This document shows positions 1-14,000 of a DNA stretch of 64,000 bases, piece by piece (positions within the stretch are counted from its first letter, which is position 1; each line of letters begins with the position of its first letter). The translations under genes were made by a program, and so were the position numbers. This DNA comes from Curvularia clavata. Lineage: Eukaryota. The stretch is taken from assembly GCA_023920165.1 (NCBI GenBank), contig CP089278.1, positions 2,728,001 through 2,792,000 of the forward strand. The letters run 5' to 3'. The notes beneath the pieces are model-generated. The model was not told the DNA's origin, did no database searches, and saw only the letters and a program-made list of their open reading frames with translations.

Positions 1-339
1 CGTCCTCTCAACATCGGCCATTTCACACGGCATATTTAGCCATTGAACCAATGGGCTGGCTAAGCAAGTAGCCGTGTCTGCTGAATTGCCTAGGTGCAGG
101 CCGCAAGTTTGTACTTGTGCACGGATTGCGACATCGCTTGCACAGGTTGGGAACGAAGGCGCTAGCTGCAAAGTGACATCCCGCGTCTATCCAAGCCGTG
201 CATGTATAATCAACTGACATGCAGGAACCTGCCAAGCTAAATTCCGCCTTCTCGTTTTTCTTTGGTTGATTTGTCTTTTCAAAGTTTGCTGTAAAGAACT
301 GGACCGTCAAGTCTTACATCTGCAACTGGCTTGTCAAGC

Positions 340-2094
340 ATGATGCCTCGTACAGACGATGGCGCCGCGGAGCAACGAGGCTCGCCCCTGGCACCTCGTC
401 AAGACCTAGAGTCAGGCGCAAATTCATACATCCACGAGAAGGATGTAGCGATAGGTCTCGTAGGAGAGCATGCACAGGAAATCGATCCAGAAGTTGAGGC
501 CAGAGTGCTAAGAAAGATTGACTGGTTCTTGATACCCGCCATGATCGTTGGTAAACGACCCTATGGTCTGTGAAACACTAGATCTTTGGATTAACACAAT
601 CCAGGGTATGGATTGGTATACTACGACAAAGCCATACTGGGCTCTGCTGCTCTCTTCGGCATGACAAAGGACCTCTCCCTCAGCATCACCGACACCAGTA
701 CCCGGCCGCCTACAACAAACACATCGCGCCTGTCGTGGGCCACCTCGCTCTTCTACTTCGGGATGCTAGCCGGTCTCTATCCCATGACGTTTGCCCTGCA
801 GCGTTTCAATCTTGGGCGTATACTCGGCGGCGTAGTAATTCTTTGGGCTTTGATCTGCATGCTAACCGCAGCTGTAACCACGTACAAGGGGCTGTACGCA
901 CAGCGCTTCTTCCTAGGCTTTGTGGAAAGCATTATACCCACGGGTTTTATGACAATAGTCTCTAGCTACTACACGCAGCAAGAACAAGCGATACGGCAGA
1001 GCTGGTGGTTCAGCTCTACGGGCCTGTTTACTATCATCGGTGGCGCACTCAACTACGGCTTTGCGCAGATTACGGCTGGAGACCTGAGACGCTGGCAGTA
1101 CATATATCTTTTGGCGGGCTGTCTGACGTTTCTGTTTGGCATATGGTGTTTTGTTATTCCCAACTCGTGTGCGTCGGCGTGGTTCCTCTCGCCTTCAGAA
1201 CGCATTGTTGCGGTCGAGCGGTTGCGTAAAGGCGCAACGGGTGTGCGGTGTCAGAAGATTAAACCCGCTCAGCTCAAGGAGGCAGCTCTGGATATCAAAC
1301 TGTGGCTCGTTTTTATCCTCATGGCCTCGGCGTACACGGTCAACGGTGCAGTGTCTGGGTTTGGCCCGCTGATCGTAAGTACGTTTGGCTGGTCAACACT
1401 CGAGTCCATTCTCTGGCAATTTCCCCTCGGTGGCCTGTGCCTTATTACCATCCTACTATGTGGCTACCTTAGCTCGCGCATTCCAAATATCCGGCTGATC
1501 CTGCTTGTGGTAAACTGTCTCCCCGTAATTGCTGGCTGTGCTATGATTTGGAAAGCAGAATGGACGTACCATGCTGCTACACCTGTTTCAGGTTACTCCA
1601 TCATTGGCACTTTTGGCGCAGTTGTCAGCCAGACCATTGTCATTGGCATGTCCAATGTTGCGGGAGCGACGAAAAAGAGCGCCATGGCAGCTGCCATTTT
1701 CGTAGCGTATTGTGTAGGGAATATCGTAGGGCCGCAGTTAATCGACAGTCAGGAGAAGGCGGCGCATTACCCAAAGTTGTGGACGGGATTGATTATTTGG
1801 TATGTACACTGAGATGCAATTCCATCGCTTTTTTTTTTTTTTTTTTTTTTTTTTTTCAAATCTCTGACTTCAATTCTATTCTAACTGTTTCATTAACTTC
1901 AATCGATGCGAGAAGATGCTAATGAGATACATAGCTACTGCATCACCATCGCTGCAGCTATAGCTCTATACCTTGTTCTTCGACGTGAGAATAAGAAGAG
2001 AGATAGCATCCCTATTGACGAGGCGGAGCGTGATAAGCTGGCATTCATGGACTTGACTGATCAAGAGAACCCGTACTTTCGATACGTGTTGTAG
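340..2094 (+). CDS. MFS transporter, allantoate permease (Dal5/ACS) family; exons 340-550, 605-1799, 1935-2094
   Basis: Motifs 'VLRKIDWFLIP', 'YYDKAILG', 'RFFLGFVESII', 'YCVGNIVGPQ' and C-terminal 'FMDLTDQENPYFRYVL'; many TM segments; GT-AG introns 551-604 and 1800-1934 join the ORF pieces in frame. Confidence 0.92.
1829..1856 (+). repeat. poly(T)28 tract inside intron 2 of the permease
   Basis: Directly visible homopolymer. Confidence 0.9.
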
Positions 2095-2765
2095 TTTGAG
2101 TGTGGGGAGTGTTGTGAAGGTGGGATAGCGGTTCAAGAAAAGCCCAAGTTGTATTAGCATTGCACCGGTTCATCGACCTGTTGTTGTGGCCACACCAAAT
2201 AGCTAGCAATAGATGAAATGGCGACAAAACGTAGGCATGTGCAATTTCGATAGTGACATTGTCGTCTACAGTCGCAAAACCAACTAAGCGGGACCGAAAC
2301 AGCTGATTGACGACTACAATCCAAGACCTGCTCAAGTATACAATATGGCACAGTCACCCCAATACAGCAACGCCAAGAATAGCGAGGACACGCCATTTCC
2401 ATTCGCGTGTCCAATCCATGTGCCTCCCTCCCATAAAGCCCTGGGGGCATATAACAATGCTCGCTTGAAGGAAAGGAGAAGGAGAATAACTAGACGCCCT
2501 AACCAAAAACAAAGAAAATACACAACGCCTGTGGTTTCAAACTCCAAAAACCATCTGACTCTGCAGATGGGCACGCTTCGCTATATGCGTCCGTTGGGAG
2601 CCGAGGTGTATAACCGTTGTCACCGCTTAGCTGGCTAATGATCCTGACAAAAAGAAAACGATGAATGATAGGGTATAGAGGTTTGACGAGGAGGAATCCA
2701 GGCGGGGTGTCTTCGTGATAAGAGATAACAAAAGGAAAAGGTTGTTGATGTGATGCAATTATGCA

Positions 2766-4438
2766 TTAGCGAGATGTCCGAGGCTGAGGTCGAACACCCG
2801 CTTCAGTGGCACTGCGTACTCTAATTGTGGGTGGTCGAATCTGTGGTGTGTCGGCCATGGCGGCATCGTAGCTGGGGACAGGTGGACTGGTTTCACTTGA
2901 TTGTTGCTGGTTCTGCATGAGTGGTGCTCGTTCGTCCCAATAGTTGTTCTGGTGACTAGCTGTGTTTCGCAGGCTAGGGGAGCCGACAGGACTACTGTAT
3001 TCGGGGGGAAGCTCGCCGGGTTGTAGAAGGGTCAGACCTTGGTTGGCTGGGATTGTCGTTCGGGGATCCTCGCTTGTACCTTCACCAGCATCATCATTTG
3101 GGTCTACGAGGCTAAGTGCTGCCAAGGAGATGTCTGTCGGACTACGTTGAGGACCTGGGCTTGTGGGTACTTGTCGTCCAAGACGCATTTGCTGGCTGCT
3201 AGCCCGTGCATGTGCGTAGCCCGCTTGAATATAACTACCGGCCATTCCTTCTCTTACACCTTCGCGTCCAGAGTCCAGAAGGATAGATCCTTGCTCGCTG
3301 CCATATGGTGGTGGTGGTGCCAGGCTTCCCGTTTGTGGTGCCAGACCCCACTTCTTGACATTGGCCTCGATGAACACAAATCCCATTTGTCCAAAGTTGA
3401 CATGAACTTGGCATGGTCCGTTTGCGCCGACTGTGGGGAAGAAGTTCTGGGTCTTGAGGCCGTGTGCAACGTCATCAAGCTTCTTGCCATTGCGTGTAAA
3501 GAAAACAGTTCCGGTTCGAGGTCGGTATCCAACACCAATGACATCTCCTTGGACATAAGCAGGACCGTATGCAGAAGGTTGGAAGGGCTGGTTGTATCGG
3601 CGGTTTCCGTTGGACATGTACGATATAGATGACTTGTGGTAACCTGGGAGGTATTAGAATGCAGAGCAAAGAATAGCAGCGTAGTATCGGGCATACCTGG
3701 CAGCCTGAACAAGGGGTACGGTTTGGTTGTCACGCCAATTGCTATGCTTGTGTTCTCGGGTTTCTCGTAGACTTTGGCTTCCCAGTAGTAGACTTCGTTC
3801 TGCTTGGGTATCGGCAGATTGCTCTGGACGCTGCATTCGGAGTCGAAGAACTCGATTTCTGTGCGGCCTTCTACAAAGCAATTGGCAATTTCAAGTTCGG
3901 GCTCGAATTCCCAGGCAGAAACACCCTTTTCTTGGATGGCCAGAAATTGCGAAAGTGATATATCAGTCTGAACGGATTCGGGAGGATTCGCTTGTACAAA
4001 GGCTATGGAGAGTCAGCACCCGTGTATTGCTTTGAACCCATGTGCCATACCTTTTGCTCTCAGGTACTCTGTTCGCTGCAGATCATCCATGGTCTCGAGC
4101 GCCTCGGCTTCTTCCTTGGCAAACTGCTGTTCATCATCATATTCGCCCGGGCGCGTTATCCGGTCGAGGAAAATGCGGCCCGTCTGCGTGTAGCGGAAGT
4201 AGTAAACAATGGCGGCGATGATGAGGCATATTCCAGCAGCGCCCAGAACGGAGAAGATGCCAATCATGATGCCCTTTGCCGTGGAGCCGAGGCTGTTCTG
4301 GTACGTGGATACGTGCGCGGAGTCATGGTGTGTTGCGTGTTGTTGGGCAAAGGCAGTCGGGGGAGTGTCAACAGGGTAGTATGACTTGGAGAGGGTCGTC
4401 GTCGGCAGCGCCGGCTGGAGAGGTTCCTGAGGTAGCAT
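2766..4438 (-). CDS. SSH4: Ssh4/Ear1-type SPRY-domain membrane adaptor for Rsp5; exons 4438-4051, 4002-3697, 3643-2766
   Basis: One N-terminal TM helix; spliced product reads 'IQEKGVSAWEFEP...VQSNLPIPKQNEVYYWEAK...TKPYPLFRLPGYHK...GDVIGVGYRPRTGTVFFTRNGKKL' (SPRY); PY motifs PPPY and PPEY; canonical introns 4050-4003 and 3696-3644. Confidence 0.9.
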
Positions 4439-5049
4439 TGCAAGGGGCTACGTCGATGCTAATGGCAGGCAGGAGGCAGCGGAAGGCTGGCGACGCAGTC
4501 CAGGCCGTGGGGAGGAGCGCAGCAGCGCTGCTGGAGCCAGTAGGAGGGATGTCGGCGGTCGCGGTGTCGATGGCGCAGTGGGGGCCGGGACCAGCTCGGT
4601 GACGTGCGGCGACAGCGACGCGGTGCTGGGGGTGATGAGCGCGATGGCGAGGATGGTGGTGAGATGGAGTGCAAGTGTCGTGGAAGAGGGTCAAGGACGG
4701 GTGTGAGGCGGGATGGGATGGCGTTGGTGGGCGGGCGGGCGGCAGTAGTGGTGAGATGTGCGTGAGACGTCAAGTGCCTGACGCAGCTTGGCTTGGACTC
4801 GCTCCGAGTGCTTTGCCACCTCCTCCGCTGTCTGCACACGACACAGACACGGCCCTGTCTTCTGCCGATCTAGCCGTCGCGCGCTGGCCTCGACATTGAT
4901 TCCAATTCCAATCTACGCCATCCAGACGCAACCTGCGTCTTGCATGCCCGCCGCGTCGCCCTAGCTCTCCAGCTCCTGATACCATGGTTGCGCCGTCGCT
5001 ATCGCCGTCCGCCGCTGTCGGTCGAGGCCCAGGCCTAGAGAGACATGGA

Positions 5050-5098
5050 CACCACCACCACCACCACCACCACCACCACCACTACCGCCGCCGCCGCC
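5050..5098. repeat. (ACC)10/(GCC)4 compound microsatellite in the SSH4-KAP104 divergent intergenic region
   Basis: Directly visible. Confidence 0.9.
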
Positions 5099-7452
5099 TT
5101 GCATGGCCACGACACCATGCTTTGCATGCCACTTTTCCGCCCAGGGCAGCCCTCCTGTAACGCAGCACATGCGACATCACGTGTCCTGTGCCATCAACGG
5201 CCAGGCCCTGTTGGCGCTTTTGCGTCCACCCACACGCTGCCATCGTTGGCGCAGTGCGAAGAGAAAAGCAATCTACCATTCAGTCTAGGGTTTCAAGGCA
5301 AGGCTCATGCTAAAATTGGGTTGCAGCTGTAGGCGCGTGTAGTAGACGCGGACGGCACACGGTTCCGTGTAGCACTCAGGCCCACCACTCAGCGCCCGGC
5401 CATGCATTCGTGAAACATTTGACATTGCGGAGCCGCCTACAAAGGCGCTTCATCATTCAAAACGGCCATGCGGCCCATCTCCTTTCGGTGCTTGTGCGCG
5501 ACTCCTGTCTTCTCGATACCCTCGTTGCGCCCCGCCACCGATTCGCATGCTATGCGCACATACGGTAACATCAGCCTTGCAAGGCCTGAGCCGCCCACCC
5601 ATTGACGTCAATCACACCTGATGATGTCAGACTGCCTTTGCATCTCAACCACATTCGCTCTCTACGCTGCCACAGACGATCCGATGCATACAGATAGCGA
5701 TATGTCGTCACTCGTCCAGGACCGCAGATCGCCTTTCTATGCACTCTGTATCAATGAGTGTAGTGATGGATTAGCAGGCTTGTGCAGGAACAGAATGCTT
5801 CTCAGATGCTTCTCATGATGCAACTCGATCATACCGCTAGTCTCTGCATGCCCCAAGTAGTGACAGTCGATTTGACAGTGGCTTCGTTTAATCATGATGG
5901 CCGACTGAAGCAACACATGAGACGCCTGAAGACGACATGATAACCTCAGTATTCAATAAGAAAAGGAACTGAGCGAAACCATGTATAAGTTTTGAGACGC
6001 GAAATGAGTCTTCTTGCTCAGCATATCTATTGGGAGGTGGCCAGACCACGAAATGATCCAATCACATGTGTCTAGAAGCACTACAACGGCGATAGGTCCA
6101 ACATCAATCTAGAACTAAGAAAACTACCCCCGAACCCACGGCACGCTTCGTGTGAAGCCTGTAGACAGCAATTACGGCCAAACTTGCCCCGAATTTACTC
6201 GGCGTTGCACGTTGTTGGCATGTCTTCTAGATGGGTATGACACAAAACTCATGTCCGTCATTTGCACCATTGGTCTCTGGTCTACGAGAAGCCATAGCAG
6301 TCGGTCATTGTTAATCGATATAACGGCGTCAGACATAAACCTTTGCGTCTCGACCGAAGGCAGTAAACACTCGAGGAAATAGTTTAAAAGCAACCATCAG
6401 TAAACAGTGATGTCGGTGTGTCTCTGGCATACGTTTACATCTCGTCACACACTGATGGCGAGTGATGACAATCTTGCTGTGTGATACCTACGCCAAGGGT
6501 AGTCGCAACGGACGGCGCGTCACGTGAACTCCTCGCACATGCACAATCAGAATGCCGTAGGTACAGTATTTGACCCAAAGACTGCTGGAATACACGGTGC
6601 AAGGCGGGAAGCAGTCGGCTACAACCATACAACGCGCCCATCGAGTCGTGCAACGTGCGGGCTGTCACAGGCGCCGCCTCACGTCCGATATCACCACGGC
6701 CATGTGAATGCAATAGCGATGCTAATGCGCGACAACACCTTTTTGTTCCCTAGGGCCATAGACAGCGTATGGAAGAGCTGGCGGATGTCTGACACGAGTC
6801 TCACAGTTGGCTTGTGGTTGCCCTCTTCAAGTGACCTGGCCAGAGTTGGGAGGTCGCAGATAGGCGGGTCGGCCCAGCAGACGCGCGCTCACAAAAGTTT
6901 TGAACCGCCTTTTCCCCCCTTATACCGCCGCCCTGCCAGCGTCTCTCACTCCTCTCCCCCTCCAAACCTGCAAAAGCCCTTTCGTGCATGCGGTTTTGAT
7001 CAGGTTGCCCTGCAGCTCCGTCTCTTATCCTCGACTACCGACGCATTCGATTGGTCGCACACTGAGGACCCGCAAGCACGTTTCCGCTGCGCCCCGCGCA
7101 TCGTCACTAGCAAACTTATTGCGGCACACCGAATTTATCACGACAAACTGCAGCGACGTCCGTGGGCCTTGACAAGAAGAAAAATGCAAATTGTCTTGTG
7201 AAACGTTCCATTCTCGCCAAAGGGTTGTAGGTTGACGCTGCCCCTCCATCATTCGTTCACTGGCCTTTCCCCACTAAAGCTAACCATGAAGCATGCCAGC
7301 AGACCAAGCTTAAGCCTCCAGGGCCTACTCTTTTTTTCTACTACCTTGTCTCGCAGTTACAGTTCTGTTTTACCGCCTCCTGCCCACCTACGGCTTGCTA
7401 GTCGACCCTCCCGCAACTTCTCATTGTACGGCGAAGCAAACCACTCTCCGCC

Positions 7453-10387
7453 ATGGCGTGGCAACCGCAACAAGAGCCTCTACGGCAACTGGTCCAGTGT
7501 TTGAGCGACTCGCTGAGTGGCAGTGATGCGAATGCGCGAAAAAATGCTGGAGAGGTCTGTATCCTTCGCCCATGTGCTGGATGTTTGCACAGTGCTGACC
7601 TCGACACAGATGCTCAAATCGGCGCAAACATCGCCCGACATCGACAAGTACTTAGCATACGTATTTTCGAACAACCAGCCTCCGTCCGGCGTCAACATGG
7701 ATGCTGCGCAGTACTTTCAGGCGCGAGCTGCGGCCGCTGTCATGCTCAAGAACGACGTCAGGACAACCTACAAATCCATGTCCGACGACACCAAAGAATA
7801 CATACGATCGGTAATCCTTGTCGGACTGCAGGACCCGGCATCACAAATACGAGGCTATGCGGGGAATGTCATTACAGAAACTGTGCGCCAGGGAGGTATC
7901 ATGGCATGGCCTCAGATCCTTTCTGAGCTCATCAGCATGGCCAGCAACGCCGACGGCAATGCCTCTACACAGGCGCAAGAGGGTGCCATGGGCGCATTGT
8001 TGAAGATATGTGAGGATAACAGGAAAGCTCTTGACAAGCAATACCAGGGGCAGAAGCCTCTCGACTTTGTATTTCCAAAGCTTCTCGAGCTGACCACGAG
8101 CTCCCTGCCTCGGGTGCGCGCCGACGCATTGGCTGCTATCAACGTCTTTGTTCCTGAAAAACCGCCAGCCGTGGTCTCCCACATCGATACCCTGCTGCAG
8201 CAACTGTTCCAATTGGCCGGCGATTCTAGTGAAGATGTGCGCAAGCATGTATGCAGGACATTTGTACACATTGCCGACATTGCCCCTCAGAAGATAACGC
8301 CGCACATGGACGGCCTGGTCGACTTCATGGTCACGCAGCAGTGTACTCCAAACAACCCGGACTTGGCCTTGGATGCGGCCGAGTTCTGGCTGTGCGCTAG
8401 TGAAGACGAGAACATGCGTGACCATCTTGGCCCATATTTGGCCAAGATAGTGCCAGTCCTTCTTGCGAGCATGGTGTATAGCGAGGATGACATCATGCGT
8501 CTTGAGGGCGAGGAGGAAGATTATGAGGTGGAAGACCGAGAACAGGATATCAAGCCGACTTTTGCATCGAGTAAAGCTGGAAGACTCACCACCAACGCAA
8601 ACGGCGAGACCGTTCCTGCCGCCAACGGAGCACAGGGGGGTGCAGCTGAGGACGATGACGATCTTAGCGATGGTGAGATCGATGATTTTGATGACGATGA
8701 CGAATTTGGAGACCCAGAAGAGCAGTGGAACCTTCGAAAGTGCTCTGCTGCTGCGCTCGACGTCCTTGCATCCGTGTTCCACGAAGCCGTTTTCCAGGCA
8801 ACGCTTCCCTATCTAACAGATAATCTTAATCATGCCGAATGGCCCCACCGCGAATCGGCTGTCCTTGCCCTTGGCGCTATTGCGGATGGTTGCATGTCGG
8901 TGGTTGAACCCCATCTTCCAATGCTCACCCCATTCCTCATCACTCTGCTAGAAGATCCCAAGCCTGTTGTTCGCCAAATTACATGTTGGACACTCGGTCG
9001 TTACTCTGGATGGGCGTCCCATCTCGACGCGGCCGGTAAGAAGCAGTTCTTCGAGCCGGTCATGGAGGGCATTTTGATGAAGATGCTCGACAAGAACAAG
9101 CGTGTACAAGAAGCCGCGGCATCTGCTTTTGCCAATCTCGAAGAAAAGGCAAATACTGAGCTTGCGCCGTACTGCAGTGTTATTGTTCGGCAATTTGTCC
9201 AGTGTTTTTCCATGTACAAGGACAGGAACATGTTTATCCTCTACGACTGTGTTCAGACACTAGCCGAGCACGTTGGACCTGAGTTGTCCAAAGACGAGCT
9301 TGTCCAAACACTTATGCCCGCTCTCATCCAACGCTGGAACAAGGTGTCGGATCATTCGAGAGAAATGTTCCCCTTGCTCGAATGTCTTTCGTATGTTGCC
9401 ACAGCGCTCGGCCCCAAGTTCGCTCCATACGCGGCTGGCATCTTTGCTAGATGCATCAAGATCATCCACCGCAACCTTGAAGAAGGAGTCATGGCATCTG
9501 AGATTAACGGTTTCGAGCCTCCAGACAAGGATTTCCTGGTGACCAGTCTCGACCTACTCAGCGCCATTATTCAAGCCTTGAACCTTCAGGACAGCGCGAC
9601 ATTGGTTTCGCAAGCACCTACCTTCTTCCAACTGTTGGCTGTCTGCATGAGGGATCCCAACAACGATGTGCGACAATCAGCCTACGCTCTTCTTGGAGAC
9701 TGCGCCATCTACGTCTTCCAACAGCTCCAGCCTTGTCTACCTGACATCTTGAACATCCTCATCCCACAGCTTGACTTTAGCCAAGTGAGCCCTGACGGCC
9801 TGGATACTGGTTACTCGGTCATTAACAATGCCTGCTGGTCTGTTGGCGAGATTGCCATGTGCCACAAGGAAGGCATGCAACCCTATGTTGACAAGCTGCT
9901 ACAGAAGCTCGGTACCATCCTGTTTGACCAGAGGGTTCCCGAGTCCCTGAATGAGAATGCAGCGATCGCTCTGGGCCGCCTGGGTCTTGGATGCGCGCCT
10001 TCATTGGCAGTACATCTAGCACAGATTGCTCCGGCTTTCATTCGTGCCATCAAGAAAGTCCAATGGACAGACGAGAAATGCCACGCTCTGACTGGTTTCA
10101 TGCTGATTGTGCTGGCCAACCCCGGTGCCATGGAGCAATCCTTGCTCGAGTTTTTCAGCGACATGTCCATGGCTGATAGTAATGTTGTTCGAGGCCCAGC
10201 AGGAAGGCAGGTCCAAGAGACTTTCCAAAAGGTGAGGATTTTTTGTTGTTATGACTTTTGACAATACACTGACATATCGCACTAGGTCATCCAACAGTAC
10301 AAGAGCATGATTTCAGACTTTGATGCTTTCCTCGGTGGACTTCCTGCAGACCAACAAGCTCGTTTCCGGGAACTGTACAATGTCTAG
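7453..10387 (+). CDS. KAP104: Importin beta-2 / transportin-1; exons 7453-7554, 7610-10231, 10286-10387
   Basis: N-terminus 'MAWQP', HEAT repeats, acidic H8 loop 'DREQDIKP...WNLRKCSAAALDVLA', 'NKRVQEAAASAFANLEE', 'NNACWSVGEI'; two GT-AG introns restore the termini. Confidence 0.95.
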
Positions 10388-10989
10388 TTATATGACCTTT
10401 TCTTTTTCTCTTTTTCTCTTTTTTCCATCGTTTCTTCAACACTTGTTTCGTCATGTGACGATATAGCGGGCGTTTGAATAAGGGATAGTGCGTATGTATG
10501 TGAGTAGGACATGGAAAGAGACGGAAATTCAAAAAAACTACTAAAACAACAAAACAAAGAAGCAAGCGAAAGCGGGAAGGTTCCTCAAATGTGCGAGAGG
10601 TGGTTTCATCCCCTCAAGTAAGAGAGAAACGAAACGAAATATCTAAATGAAAGCATTTATGGCAGAGATGGGGAGTCAGGGGCAAACAAGCAAGCAAAGG
10701 TACTTATGGCATATATAGACGTGCTTTTTCCTCTCTCTCTCTCTTTTTTTCTTTACGTAGTTTCTATGCGACTGGGCGATATTTGTGTTCACTCTTTTTT
10801 GTTTTTCCAATTTTGAGGGAGTTTACGAGGATGCGATGACGACAAGGCATTGTTTTGCGAGGAGGCTAGGCGTTTGTATGTAACCTGTGCGTGTATGTGC
10901 GTGTGTATTGGGTGTTAGGTAGCTTTATATAGTATAGTAGATAGCTTAACTTAGGATAGTGTAGTCGAGTTGACGTGTCTGGTTTGTGA

Positions 10990-11012
10990 AGAGAGAGAGA
11001 GTGTGTGTGTGT
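10990..11012. repeat. (GA)n(GT)n compound microsatellite
   Basis: Directly visible. Confidence 0.8.
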
Positions 11013-14000
11013 ATGGGCATGTATGTAAGTCAGAGGGAGTGATAGGGGATTCAACATGGAAATACGCGTTGGTAGCATGTGGTGTTAGGAATGTAAAAGT
11101 GTGTGCTTGAATATGTGTACAGATGTATCTGCGTGGTCTGTCTAGACGGTTTTGTGTGAATACGAAAGGGTAGGTTCGTTGGTTATACGAGATTCATCCG
11201 CTCAGAACTGGGGTGCTGTTGTATTTACTTTGTTGATACATGCTTCTAGTTTTTGTTTGCATTATTTATAAGTAGGCTAGGGAAGAGTCTTGGTATTGTG
11301 TGGTTCTATCTTTTTCTGTATTTTATTTGCACCACGTCAATACATGTCAAATTTGTTGGGACAGGCTTTGTCTGTTAGAAATGCAGCGTACATAGGTCAA
11401 GGTCGTGATGAAGTGTTGTGCTCTCTGTTTAGTTGGATTTGATACAGAGGAAGATATAAAGTAAATGACAACGATCGTAGTATCTGTACATGATCTTATT
11501 ATTTGTTTTGTAAATGTAGCGACGTGGCATTCTTCGTTTTCTTCTTGGACGCGAATCTGACATGTTGACTGTCGTGACAGATGGGGAGTCCTGGCTGTCA
11601 ATTTTGTCTTTTTTTTTCTTTTTTTTTACATGTCCTTCGTGGTCCCTCTTATGAATAGAGGTAGATTATAGATACAAGCTTTACAGTATTCTAGTGCAAA
11701 CACCAAGTTGACTGTGTTTCTTACACAGAAAAGACGGCGATGGCGATGACCCAGTCAAATCCCTGTGATTGGGCTAGACCAAGATCCCACATTACTTGCT
11801 ACCATTACTCGTCCGCCATTACTCGCACGAGCTGCAATTTGTCTGTGGAATGAGGCGGAAGCGCCATCGGCCTTTCTAGACGCTTGTTGTCATCTATCCC
11901 CATTTTCATGGAGTAGAGCACAAAGACAGTATCTCGGTGACATGCTCGCTACACCTACAGTTTCATTTTCCCTTGGTTTTAATTTGCCTTGTCTCTCCTA
12001 CTTCCGACAACAAGCCAATGGGCACCCCACGGCACAAAAACTTTGGCAACGTACGCGTCTGATGGGGTATACGTATACGCTGACCCAAGAGGTGCACGTA
12101 CAAATGACATAAGATGCACGTATGAGTCTGACAGGAAGAACGTATGATGTAGAACAGGTGGCACCACCTAGTTGCGGTCAAGGCCAAAAGAAATCTTTCA
12201 TGTTTAGAGGGGTCGAGTAAGGCTAGACTGCCTACACACAGACCATAGTAGAAACCAAGCAGAGATAGACACATGAGTGTATGTAGAGTGAGACCGCGTT
12301 TTCACCTAGCTTACATATGCTCCGAGGACCTCAATGTAGAGGAGAGTTTGAGCAGCTGAAGTGGTAGTACAGAGACCCACCCCTGCATGCAATTTCGCCT
12401 CTTTTTGCACAGGGATCATCCATCCATGGTACTCTGACGCTCTATGCTTTCTTGTGAAAGAGGGCAGTCAGGGGCGGGGAGGGGCATATTCTGAAGAATC
12501 TTTTTTTTGTTCCTGGGTAGGGTACATGCAAGCGAAGGGGTATTGGGGTGAGAGGAAGAAAGGAAGAGAGACACGTGCCCTCTACACGTCTAGACACAGA
12601 TTTACACCTATTCCGGAAAAAAAACAGGCCGAAAATTCGGCGAAGACCGAGGTGAGTTTTGGGGAAAGCGACAAACGCTATGGTCGCGAATGTCATGGAC
12701 GCACATGGCAATTGGCATGCTTGGTTTTGACATGGGAAATCTCTGTATCGAGTCTTGGGCTCAACACACGACTCAGGGACCTAGTGTCGATCTTGTGGGG
12801 AGGGGACCTGCTAACTATTAAGCCATGTCGATAATTGCTCGAAACGACTCAATGGCCGGTCCGAACGTTTCATGGTACGAGTTTCCTAGTATCGTTAGCC
12901 GTGTAGAAGAGTGAGTACCAGTTTGTTTATGCAAGAAACGATGGGAGTAGGTGGAGGAGGAAAGTTTTTCTCTCTTGTTTTTGATTCTTGTTTTTGTCCT
13001 CAGTCATTCTGTCCAATATTCTACTTTTGGGTATGAGGCAGAATGGTGAGAGTGACTGTATCAGGCAGCCCGCATGGAAGCAAAAACTGCTGTGCAACGA
13101 TATATTGGCAATATCAGCAAAGTGAGTTTGTGAGCAAGACTACGGCGGATATGATGTAGGCGAAGGCGGCAGATGCAGCAAAAGTGTATCATTCGGGCAG
13201 AGACGCTAGTTGGTCGGAGCAGACGTCGCGCAGACGATTGGCTGGCGATGGCGTAGAGGACATGTGGTCCTGGTGTCGCCTACCACACTCGTCGATACCG
13301 CTTGGTCCCGGGCCAATGGTATGGCAGAAAACTAAGCCGTTCCCAGGTATGTGCCGAGAGGTGGAGAGGGTGCTTTGCATGGTGATGCAGGTAGGAAGTG
13401 GCTTGCAGACGAGCTGGAGGGTAAAAAAAAAAATGTAATGCATGCTAGGATTCGGATGGGTAAACATTGGCTTGGTACGAGGTGGGCTAGTATGTCTTTG
13501 TCGGGTCACACGAGAAGATGGCTTGTCCCGACGTCATCATGTATATGTATAGCACTTGTCAATTGCCTGTTGCAGTCAGGGTCGGAGTGGTTAGGGTGCA
13601 AACAGACACTTGGCGTAACCTTAATGTATCGGCATCTGCCATAGCGTACGGAGGGAGGGAAGAATCGAAGGGTCGTCGAAGCTTTGATCGGAGGTGTGCT
13701 AGTTGGCAGGACCCCAGATGCGGCAAGAACAGGCCGAGGTGAATTGCTGGCTGCAAAGTTGTTAGGGTAAAAGAGAGGTTAATGCTAAGAATAGCTCTCT
13801 GGGAAGGAGGCTAACCACGGTGGGCGTGGGCCATTTGTGGCTTTGAGTGGGGCTAGCCCGAATTGGGCATGCCGTATTGTCGCTAAGAAGGGGACTTTGT
13901 GATGGCTCTGCAGAGCAAGAGAGAAAGGGAAAAAGGTACAATGCTAGCGGCCGTGTATTGGAACTCGTATCTCGCACCTGGGCGATGGCAGGTGGGCGTG

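Noticed and set aside
6152..6382. 'LLDGYDTKLMS' (sugar-porter-like) and 'HASCEACR' (Zn-cluster-like) fragments
   Set aside because: Isolated short matches with no continuation in any frame; likely chance.
6524..7201. 225-aa ORF upstream of KAP104
   Set aside because: GTG start, no domain or codon bias, promoter-like DNA.
7517..7609. ORF-track N-terminus of importin beta-2
   Set aside because: Read-through of intron 1; the conserved start is MAWQP at 7453.
11405..11560. Possible C/D snoRNA (GTGATGA...CTGA)
   Set aside because: No rRNA-complementary guide or terminal stem recognised.
13589..13770. TTAGGG hexamers as telomerase RNA template or telomeric repeats
   Set aside because: Isolated single copies; no 1.5-repeat TAACCCTAA template.
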